Part shown: piece after piece, positions 53,901 through 64,000 of the stretch
Numbering within the stretch: position 1 is the stretch's first letter
How the letters are laid out: the number at the start of each line of letters is the position of its first letter
Assembly (NCBI RefSeq): GCF_009914755.1
Contig: NC_060933.1
DNA length: 64,000 bases
Reading direction: 5' to 3' (one strand)
DNA from: the human T2T-CHM13v2.0 reference genome, Homo sapiens
Translations under genes and position numbers: made by a program
Notes under the pieces: generated by a model
The model's input: only the letters and a program-made list of their open reading frames with translations
What the model was told of the DNA's origin: nothing
The model's database searches: none

Positions 53901-56900
53901 CTATGTTGAAAAAGGAAATATCTTCTCCTAAAAACCAGACAGAAGCATTCTCAGAAACTTCCTTGTGATGTGTGTACTCAAGTAACAGAGTTGAACCTTC
54001 CTTTTGACAGAGCAGTTTTGAAGCACTCTTTTTGTAGAATCTGCAAGTGGATATTTTGATACCATTGAGGATTTCGTTGGACACGGGATATCTTCATATA
54101 AAATCTAGACAGAAGCATTCTCAGAAACTTCTTTGTGCTGTATGTCCTCAATTAACAGAGTTGAACCTTTGTGTGGATACAGCATTTTGGAAACATTCCT
54201 TTAGTAGAATCTGCAAGTTGATATTTAGATAGCTAGGAAGAGTTCCTTGGAAACGGGAATATCTTCATATAAAATCTAGACGGAAGCATTCTCAGAAAGT
54301 GCTTTGTGATGTTTGCATTCAAGTCACAGAGTTGAATGTTCCCTTTTATAGAGCAGGTTTGAAACACTCTTTCTGCACTACCTGGAAGTGGACATTTGGA
54401 GCGCTTTGAGGCCTATGTTGAAAAAGGAAATATCTTCCCATAAAAACTAGACAGAAGCATTCTCAGAAACTTGTTTGTGATGTGTGTATTCAACTAACAG
54501 AGATGAACCTTTCTTTTTACAGAGCAGTTTTGAAACACTCTTTTTGTGGAATCTGAAAGTGGATATTTGGATAGCTTTGAGGATTTCGTTGGAAACGGGA
54601 TTACATATAAAACCTAGAGAGAAGCATTCTCAGGAACTTCTTTGTGATGTTTGCATTCAAGTCACAGAACTGAACATTCCCTTTCATAGAGCAGGTTTGA
54701 AACACTCTTTCTGTAGTATCTGCAAGCTGACGTTTCAAGCGCTTTCAGGCCTATGGTGAGAAAGGAAATATCTTCAAGTAAAAACTAGACAGAAGCATTC
54801 TCAGAAACTTATTTGCGATGTGTGTTCTCAACTAACAGAGTTGAACCTTTGTTTTGATATGGCATTTTGGAAACACTCTTTTTGTAGAATCTGCAGGTGG
54901 ATATTCGGATAGCTTTGAAGGTTTCGTTGGAAACGGGAATATCTTCATATAAAATCTAGACGGAAGCATTCTCAGAAACTGCTTTGTGATGTTTTCATTC
55001 AAGTCACAGAGTAGAATGTTCCCTGTTATATACCAGGTTTGAGACACTCTTTCTGCACTACCTGGAAGTGGACATTTGCAGCGCTTTGAGGCCTATGATG
55101 AAAAAGGAAATATCTTCCCATAAAAACTAGACAGAAGCATTCTCAGAAACTTGTTTGTGATGTGTGTATTCAACTAACAGAGATGAACCTTTCTTTTTAC
55201 AGAGCAGTTTTGAAACACTCTTTTTGTGGAATCTGAAAGTGGATATTTGGATAGCTTTGAGGATTTCGTTGGAAACGGGATTACATATAAAATCTAGAGA
55301 GAAGCATTCTCAGGAACTTCTTTGTGATGTTTGCATTCACGTCACAGAACTGAACATTCCCTTTCATAGAGCAGGTTTGAAACACTCTTTCTGTAGTATC
55401 TGCAAGCGGACGTTTTAAGCGCTTTCAGGCCTGTGGTGAGAAAGGAAATATCTTCAAATAAAAACTAGACAGAAGCATTCTCAGAAACTTATTTGCGATG
55501 TGTGTCCTCAACTAACAGAGTTGAACCTTTCTTTTGATACAACATTTTGGAAACACTCTTTTTGTAGAATCTGCAAGTGGATATTTGCATAGCTTTGAAG
55601 GTTTCGTTGGAAACGGGAATATCTTCATATAAAATCAAGACAGAAGCATTCTCAGAAACTTCTCTGTGATGTTTGCATTCAACTCATAGAGTTGAACACT
55701 TCCCTTCATACAGCAGGTTTGAAACACTCTTTTTCTAATATTTGGAAGTGGACATTTGCAGCGCTTTGAGGCCTATGTTGAAAAAGGAAATATCTTCTCC
55801 TAAAAACCAGACAGAAGCATTCTCAGAAACTTCCTTGTGATGTGTGTACTCAAGTAACAGAGTTGAACCTTCCTTTTGACAGAGCAGTTTTGAAGCACTC
55901 TTTTTGTAGAATCTGCAAGTGGATATTTTGATACCTTTGAGGATTTCATTGGACACGGGATATCTTCATATAAAATCTAGACAGAAGCATTCTCAGAAAC
56001 TTATTTGTGCTGTATGTCCTCAATTAACAGAGTTGAACCTTTGTGTGGATACAGCATTTTGGAAACATTCCTTTAGTAGAATCTGCAAGTTGATATTTAG
56101 ATAGCTAGGAAGATTTCCTTGGAAACGGGAATATCTTCATATAAAATCTAGACGGAAGCATTCTCAGAAAGTGCTTTGTGATGTTTGCATTCAAGTCACA
56201 GAGTTGAATATTCCCTTTTATAGAGCAGGTTTGAAACACTCTTTCTGCACTACCTGGAAGTGGACATTTGGAGCGCTTTGAGGCCTATGTTGAAAAAGGA
56301 AATATCTTCCCATAAAAACTAGACAGAAGCATTCTCAGAAACTTGTTTGTGATGTGTGTATTCAACTAACAGAGATGAACCTTTCTTTTTACAGAGCAGT
56401 TTTGAAACACTCTTTTTGTGGAATCTGAAAGTGGATATTTGGATAGCTTTGAGGATTTCGTTGGAAACGGGATTACATATAAAACCTAGAGAGAAGCATT
56501 CTCAGGAACTTCTTTGTGATGTTTGCCTTCAAGTCACAGGACTGAACATTCCCTTTCATAGAGCAGGTTTGAAACACTCTTTCTGTAGTATCTGCAAACT
56601 GACGTTTCAAGCGCTTTCAGGCCTATGGTGAGAAAGGAAATATCTTCAAGTAAAAACTAGACAGAAGCATTCTCAGAAACTTATTTGCCATGTGTGTTCT
56701 CAACTAACAGAGTTGAACCTTTGTTTTGATATGGCATTTTGGAAACACTCTTTTTGTAGAATCTGCAGGTGGATATTCGGATAGCTTTGAAGGTTTCGTT
56801 GGAAACGGGAATATCTTCATATAAAATCTTGACGGAAGCATTCTCAGAAACTGCTTTGTGATGTTTTCATTCAAGTCACAGAGTAGAATCTTCCCTGTTA

Positions 56901-57680
56901 TATACCAGGTTTCAGACACTCTTTCTGCACTACCTGGAAGTGGACATTTGCAGCGCTTTGAGGCCTATGATGAAAAAGGAAATATCTTCCCATAAAAACT
57001 AGACAGAAGCATTCTCAGAAACTTGTTTGTGATGTGTGTATTCAACTAACAGAGATGAACCTTTCTTTTTACAGAGCAGTTTTGAAACACTCTTTTTGTG
57101 GAATCTGAAAGTGGATATTTGGATAGCTTTGAGGATTTCGTTGGAAACGGGATTACATATAAAATCTAGAGAGAAGCATTCTCAGGAACTTCTTTGTGAT
57201 GTTTGCATTCACGTCACAGAACTGAACATTCCCTTTCATAGAGCATGTTTGAAACACTCTTTCTGTAGTATCTGCAAACGGACATTTCAAACGCTTTCAG
57301 GCCTATGGTGAGAAAGGAAATATCTTCAAATAAAAACTAGACAGAAGCATTCTCAGAAACTTATTTGCGATGTGTGTCCTCAACTAACAGAGTTGAACCT
57401 TTCTTTTGATACAACATTTTGGAAACACTCTTTTTGTGGAATCTGCAAGTGGATATTTGGATAGCTTTGAAGGTTTCGTTGGAAACGGGAATATCTTCAT
57501 ATAAAATCAAGACAGAAGCATTCTCAGAAACTTCTCTGTGATGTTTGCATTCAACTCATAGAGTTGAACACTTCCCTTCATACAGCAGGTTTGAAACACT
57601 CTTTTTCTAATATTTGGAAGTGGACTTTTGCAGCGCTTTGAAGCCTATGATGAAAAAGGTAATATCTTCCCATAAAAACT
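41600..57680 (+). repeat. Tandem duplication, period 7656 bp (45 monomers), about 2.1 copies; boundaries approximate
   Basis: Shared at +7656: AATCTGGACG (44069/51725), TTCC box (45056/52712), GATACCATT (46408/54064), TTTCATTGGAC (48288/55944), TCTTGACGG (49173/56829). Confidence 0.9.
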
Positions 57681-60600
57681 AGAAAGAAGCATTCTCAGAA
57701 ACTTGTTTGTGATGTGTGTATTCAACTAACAGAGATGAACCTTTCTTTTTACAGAGCAGTTTTGAAGCACTCTTTTTGTAGAATCTGCAAGTGGATATTT
57801 TGATACCATTGAGGATTTCGTTGGACACGGGATATCTTCATATAAAATCTAGACAGAAGCATTCTCAGAAACTTCTTTGTGCTGTATGTCCTCAATTAAC
57901 AGAGTTGAACCTTTGTGTGGATACAGCATTTTGGAAACATTCCTTTAGTAGAATCTGCAAGTTGATATTTAGATAGCTAGGAAGAGTTCCTTGGAAACGG
58001 GAATATCTTCATATAAAATCTAGACGGAAGCATTCTCAGAAAGTGCTTTGTGATGTTTGCATTCAAGTCACAGAGTTGAATGTTCCCTTTTATAGAGCAG
58101 GTTTGAAACACTCTTTCTGCACTACCTGGAAGTGGACATTTGGAGCGCTTTGAGGCCTATGTTGAAAAAGGAAATATCTTCCCATAAAAACTAGACAGAA
58201 GCATTCTCAGAAACTTGTTTGTGATGTGTGTATTCAACTAACAGAGATGAACCTTTCTTTTTACAGAGCAGTTTTGAAACACTCTTTTTGTGGAATCTGA
58301 AAGTGGATATTTGGATAGCTTTGAGGATTTCGTTGGAAACGGGATTACATATAAAACCTAGAGAGAAGCATTCTCAGGAACTTCTTTGTGATGTTTGCAT
58401 TCAAGTCACAGAACTGAACATTCCCTTTCATAGAGCAGGTTTGAAACACTCTTTCTGTAGTATCTGCAAGCTGACGTTTCAAGCGCTTTCAGGCCTATGG
58501 TGAGAAAGGAAATATCTTCAAGTAAAAACTAGACAGAAGCATTCTCAGAAACTTATTTGCGATGTGTATTCTCAACTAACAGAGTTGAACCTTTGTTTTG
58601 ATATGGCATTTTGGAAACACTCTTTTTGTAGAATCTGCAGGTGGATATTCGGATAGCTTTGAAGGTTTCGTTGGAAACGGGAATATCTTCATATAAAATC
58701 TAGACGGAAGCATTCTCAGAAACTGCTTTGTGATGTTTTCATTCAAGTCACAGAGTAGAATGTTCCCTGTTATATACCAGGTTTGAGACACTCTTTCTGC
58801 ACTACCTGGAAGTGGACATTTGCAGCGCTTTGAGGCCTATGATGAAAAAGGAAATATCTTCCCATAAAAACTAGACAGAAGCATTCTCAGAAACTTGTTT
58901 GTGATGTGTGTATTCAACTAACAGAGATGAACCTTTCTTTTTACAGAGCAGTTTTGAAACACTCTTTTTGTGGAATCTGAAAGTGGATATTTGGATAGCT
59001 TTGAGGATTTCGTTGGAAACGGGATTACATATAAAATCTAGAGAGAAGCATTCTCAGGAACTTCTTTGTGATGTTTGCATTCACGTCACAGAACTGAACA
59101 TTCCCTTTCATAGAGCATGTTTGAAACACTCTTTCTGTAGTATCTCCAAACGGACATTTCAAACGCTTTCAGGCCTATGGTGAGAAAGGAAATATCTTCA
59201 AATAAAAACTAGACAGAAGCATTCTCAGAAACTTATTTGCGATGTGTGTCCTCAACTAACAGAGTTGAACCTTTCTTTTGATACAACATTTTGGAAACAC
59301 TCTTTTTGTAGAATCTGCAAGTGGATATTTGAATAGCTTTGAAGGTTTCGTTGGAAACGGGAATATCTTCATATAAAATCAAGACAGAAGCATTCTCAGA
59401 AACTTCTCTGTGATGTTTGCATTCAACTCATAGAGTTGAACACTTCCCTTCATACAGCAGGTTTGAAACACTCTTTTTGTAACATTTGGAAGTGGACATT
59501 TGCAGCGCTTTGAGGCCTATGTTGAAAAAGGAAATATCTTCTCCTAAAAACCAGACAGAAGCATTCTCAGAAACTTCCTTGTGATGTGTGTACTCAAGTA
59601 ACAGAGTTGAACCTTCCTTTTGACAGAGCAGTTTTGAAGCACTCTTTTTGTAGAATCTGCAAGTGGATATTTTGATACCTTTGAGGATTTCGTTGGACAC
59701 GGGATATCTTCATATAAAATCTAGACAGAAGCATTCTCAGAAACTTCTTTGTGCTGTATGTCCTCAATTAACAGAGTTGAACCTTTGTGTGGATACAGCA
59801 TTTTGGAAACATTCCTTTAGTAGAATCTGCAAGTTGATATTTAGATAGCTAGGAAGATTTCCTTGGAAACGGGAATATCTTCATATAAAATCTAGACGGA
59901 AGCATTCTCAGAAAGTGCTTTGTGATGTTTGCATTCAAGTCACAGAGTTGAATATTCCCTTTTATAGAGCAGGTTTGAAACACTCTTTCTGCACTACCTG
60001 GAAGTGGACATTTGGAGCGCTTTGAGGCCTATGTTGAAAAAGGAAATATCTTCCCATAAAAACTAGACAGAAGCATTCTCAGAAACTTGTTTGTGATGTG
60101 TGTATTCAACTAACAGAGATGAACCTTTCTTTTTACAGAGCAGTTTTGAAACACTCTTTTTGTGGAATCTGAAAGTGGATATTTGGATAGCTTTGAGGAT
60201 TTCGTTGGAAACGGGATTACATATAAAACCTAGAGAGAAGCATTCTCAGGAACTTCTTTGTGATGTTTGCCTTCAAGTCACAGGACTGAACATTCCCTTT
60301 CATAGAGCAGGTTTGAAACACTCTTTCTGTAGTATCTGCAAGCTGACGTTTCAAGCGCTTTCAGGCCTATGGTGAGAAAGGAAATATCTTCAAGTAAAAA
60401 CTAGACAGAAGCATTCTCAGAAACTTATTTGCCATGTGTGTTCTCAACTAACAGAGTTGAACCTTTGTTTTGATACGGCATTTTGGAAACACTCTTTTTG
60501 TAGAATCTGCAGGTGGATATTCGGATAGCTTTGAAGGTTTCGTTGGAAACGGGAATATCTTCATATAAAATATTGACGGAAGCATTCTCAGAAACTGCTT

Positions 60601-63600
60601 TGTGATGTTTTCATTCAAGTCACAGAGTAGAATCTTCCCTGTTATATACCAGGTTTCAGACACTCTTTCTGCACTACCTGGAAGTGGACATTTGCAGCGC
60701 TTTGAGGCCTATGATGAAAAAGGAAATATCTTCCCATAAAAACTAGACAGAAGCATTCTCAGAAACTTGTTTGTGATGTGTGTATTCAACTAACAGAGAT
60801 GAACCTTTCTTTTTACAGAGCAGTTTTGAAACACTCTTTTTGTGGAATCTGAAAGTGGATATTTGGATAGCTTTGAGGATTTCGTTGGAAACGGGATTAC
60901 ATATAAAATCTAGAGAGAAGCATTCTCAGGAACTTCTTTGTGATGTTTGCATTCACGTCACAGAACTGAACATTCCCTTTCATAGAGCATGTTTGAAACA
61001 CTCTTTCTGTAGTATCTGCAAACGGACATTTCAAACGCTTTCAGGCCTATGGTGAGAAAGGAAATATCTTCAAATAAAAACTAGACAGAAGCATTCTCAG
61101 AAACTTATTTGCGATGTGTGTCCTCAACTAACAGAGTTGAACCTTTCTTTTGATACAACATTTTGGAAACACTCTTTTTGTGGAATCTGCAAGTGGATAT
61201 TTGGATAGCTTTGAAGGTTTCGTTGGAAACGGGAATATCTTCATATAAAATCAAGACAGAAGCATTCTCAGAAACTTCTCTGTGATGTTTGCATTCAACT
61301 CATAGAGTTGAACACTTCCCTTCATACAGCAGGTTTGAAACACTCTTTTTCTAATATTTGGAAGTGGACTTTTGCAGCGCTTTGAAGCCTATGATGAAAA
61401 AGGTAATATCTTCCCATAAAAACTAGAAAGAAGCATTCTCAGAAACTTGTTTGTGATGTGTGTATTCAACTAACAGAGATGAACCTTTCTTTTTACAGAG
61501 CAGTTTTGAAGCACTCTTTTTGTAGAATCTGCAAGTGGATATTTTGATACCATTGAGGATTTCGTTGGACACGGGATATCTTCATATAAAATCTAGACAG
61601 AAGCATTCTCAGAAACTTCTTTGTGCTGTATGTCCTCAATTAACAGAGTTGAACCTTTGTGTGGATACAGCATTTTGGAAACATTCCTTTAGTAGAATCT
61701 GCAAGTTGATATTTAGATAGCTAGGAAGAGTTCCTTGGAAACGGGAATATCTTCATATAAAATCTAGACGGAAGCATTCTCAGAAAGTGCTTTGTGATGT
61801 TTGCATTCAAGTCACAGAGTTGAATGTTCCCTTTTATAGAGCAGGTTTGAAACACTCTTTCTGCACTACCTGGAAGTGGACATTTGGAGCGCTTTGAGGC
61901 CTATGTTGAAAAAGGAAATATCTTCCCATAAAAACTAGACAGAAGCATTCTCAGAAACTTGTTTGTGATGTGTGTATTCAACTAACAGAGATGAACCTTT
62001 CTTTTTACAGAGCAGTTTTGAAACACTCTTTTTGTGGAATCTGAAAGTGGATATTTGGATAGCTTTGAGGATTTCGTTGGAAACGGGATTACATATAAAA
62101 CCTAGAGAGAAGCATTCTCAGGAACTTCTTTGTGATGTTTGCATTCAAGTCACAGAACTGAACATTCCCTTTCATAGAGCAGGTTTGAAACACTCTTTCT
62201 GTAGTATCTGCAAGCTGACGTTTCAAGCGCTTTCAGGCCTATGGTGAGAAAGGAAATATCTTCAAGTAAAAACTAGACAGAAGCATTCTCAGAAACTTAT
62301 TTGCGATGTGTGTTCTCAACTAACAGAGTTGAACCTTTGTTTTGATATGGCATTTTGGAAACACTCTTTTTGTAGAATCTGCAGGTGGATATTCGGATAG
62401 CTTTGAAGGTTTCGTTGGAAACGGGAATATCTTCATATAAAATCTAGACGGAAGCATTCTCAGAAACTGCTTTGTGATGTTTTCATTCAAGTCACAGAGT
62501 AGAATGTTCCCTGTTATATACCAGGTTTGAGACACTCTTTCTGCACTACCTGGAAGTGGACATTTGCAGCGCTTTGAGGCCTATGATGAAAAAGGAAATA
62601 TCTTCCCATAAAAACTAGACAGAAGCATTCTCAGAAACTTGTTTGTGATGTGTGTATTCAACTAACAGAGATGAACCTTTCTTTTTACAGAGCAGTTTTG
62701 AAACACTCTTTTTGTGGAATCTGAAAGTGGATATTTGGATAGCTTTGAGGATTTCGTTGGAAACGGGATTACATATAAAATCTAGAGAGAAGCATTCTCA
62801 GGAACTTCTTTGTGATGTTTGCATTCACGTCACAGAACTGAACATTCCCTTTCATAGAGCATGTTTGAAACACTCTTTCTGTAGTATCTACAAACGGACA
62901 TTTCAAACGCTTTCAGGCCTATGGTGAGAAAGGAAATATCTTCAAATAAAAACTAGACAGAAGCATTCTCAGAAACTTATTTGCGATGTGTGTCCTCAAC
63001 TAACAGAGTTGAACCTTTCTTTTGATACAACATTTTGGAAACACTCTTTTTGTAGAATCTGCAAGTGGATATTTGAATAGCTTTGAAGGTTTCGTTGGAA
63101 ACGGGAATATCTTCATATAAAATCAAGACAGAAGCATTCTCAGAAACTTCTCTGTGATGTTTGCATTCAACTCATAGAGTTGAACACTTCCCTTCATACA
63201 GCAGGTTTGAAACACTCTTTTTGTAACATTTGGAAGTGGACATTTGCAGCGCTTTGAGGCCTATGTTGAAAAAGGAAATATCTTCTCCTAAAAACCAGAC
63301 AGAAGCATTCTCAGAAACTTCCTTGTGATGTGTGTACTCAAGTAACAGAGTTGAACCTTCCTTTTGACAGAGCAGTTTTGAAGCACTCTTTTTGTAGAAT
63401 CTGCAAGTGGATATTTTGATACCTTTGAGGATTTCGTTGGACACGGGATATCTTCATATAAAATCTAGACAGAAGCATTCTCAGAAACTTCTTTGTGCTG
63501 TATGTCCTCAATTAACAGAGTTGAACCTTTGTGTGGATACAGCATTTTGGAAACATTCCTTTAGTAGAATCTGCAAGTTGATATTTAGATAGCTAGGAAG

Positions 63601-63817
63601 ATTTCCTTGGAAACGGGAATATCTTCATATAAAATCTAGACGGAAGCATTCTCAGAAAGTGCTTTGTGATGTTTGCATTCAAGTCACAGAGTTGAATATT
63701 CCCTTTTATAGAGCAGGTTTGAAACACTCTTTCTGCACTACCTGGAAGTGGACATTTGGAGCGCTTTGAGGCCTATGTTGAAAAAGGAAATATCTTCCCA
63801 TAAAAACTAGACAGAAG
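54458..63817 (+). repeat. Run of five 11-mer HORs (1872 bp each); single 11-mers also at 34042-35913 and 46802-48673
   Basis: Marker ORFs at 54047, 55919, 57791, 59663, 61535 and 63407 are each 1872 bp apart. Confidence 0.92.
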
Positions 63818-64000
63818 CATTCTCAGAAACTTGTTTGTGATGTGTGTATTCAACTAACAGAGATGAACCTTTCTTTCTACAGAGCAGTTTTGAAACACTC
63901 TTTTTGTGGAATCTGAAAGTGGATATTTGGATAGCTTTGAGGATTTCGTTGGAAACGGGATTACATATAAAACCTAGAGAGAAGCATTCTCAGGAACTTC
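56010..64000 (+). repeat. Tandem duplication, period 3744 bp (22 monomers), running off the window end
   Basis: Shared at +3744: CTAGAAAGAAG plus the hybrid monomer (57684/61428), GTAACATTTGG (ORFs 59428/63172) and MSET-type A units (56704/60448). Confidence 0.88.

Larger units (their letters stand above)
1..64000 (+). repeat. Centromeric alpha satellite HOR array, dimeric (SF2-like); probably human chr9 live array D9Z4/S2C9H1L (chromosome call tentative)
   Basis: The alphoid motifs CATTCTCAGAAACT, GAGTTGAAC and TTTGAAACACTCTTT recur every ~170 bp. CENP-B boxes occur in about every second monomer. Identical pseudo-ORFs recur at 680 and 1192 bp, always in the same orientation. Confidence applies to the alpha satellite call; the chromosome assignment rests on recall of 4/7/11/15-mer SF2 arrays (about 0.55). 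Confidence 0.99.

Noticed and set aside
222-63592. Over 150 repeated 61-95 aa ORFs (MYSTNRDE.., MSQTWY.., MSNEIL.., MDILIP..)
   Set aside because: They are chance open frames in alpha satellite repeated at the HOR period. Many start at non-ATG codons, they overlap on both strands, and none resembles a protein family I recognise.
1-64000. CRISPR-like repeat/spacer pattern (conserved AGAAGCATTCTCAG every ~170 bp)
   Set aside because: The intervening sequences are homologous monomers rather than unique spacers, and there are no cas genes.
1-64000. Transposon insertion, inversion or array edge
   Set aside because: Block spacing is unbroken (680, 1192 or 1191 bp) and all boxes lie on the same strand, leaving no room for foreign or inverted sequence.
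1-64000. Calling this the kinetochore site/CDR or a source of cenRNA
   Set aside because: This cannot be determined from sequence; it needs methylation, CENP-A or RNA data.

Overview
The whole 64 kb is one uninterrupted, head-to-tail array of primate (human-type) centromeric alpha satellite, about 376 monomers of about 170 bp. There are no credible genes, transposons, inversions or non-satellite sequence. The ORF track is a by-product of the repeat and serves here only as a ruler. Monomers alternate between CENP-B-box and pJalpha-box types (dimeric, SF2-like). They form higher-order repeats (HORs) built from 680-bp 4-mers (types A and B) and a 1192-bp 7-mer (C, monomers M1-M7). The 22 complete HORs are all 7+4n monomers long: 8x 11-mer, 6x 15-mer, 3x 19-mer, 3x 23-mer and 2x 35-mer. 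The best guess for identity is the live chromosome 9 array (D9Z4/S2C9H1L), which is unverified. The interesting signal is structural. Private SNVs reveal a chain of nested, overlapping tandem duplications with periods of 1360, 1872, 3232, 3744, 5104, 7656, 8336 and 9863 bp. There are also hybrid monomers, a short gene-conversion-like tract, several independently formed 11-mers, CENP-B box knock-outs and a single 1-bp indel. I find no evidence of a new protein- or RNA-based system.
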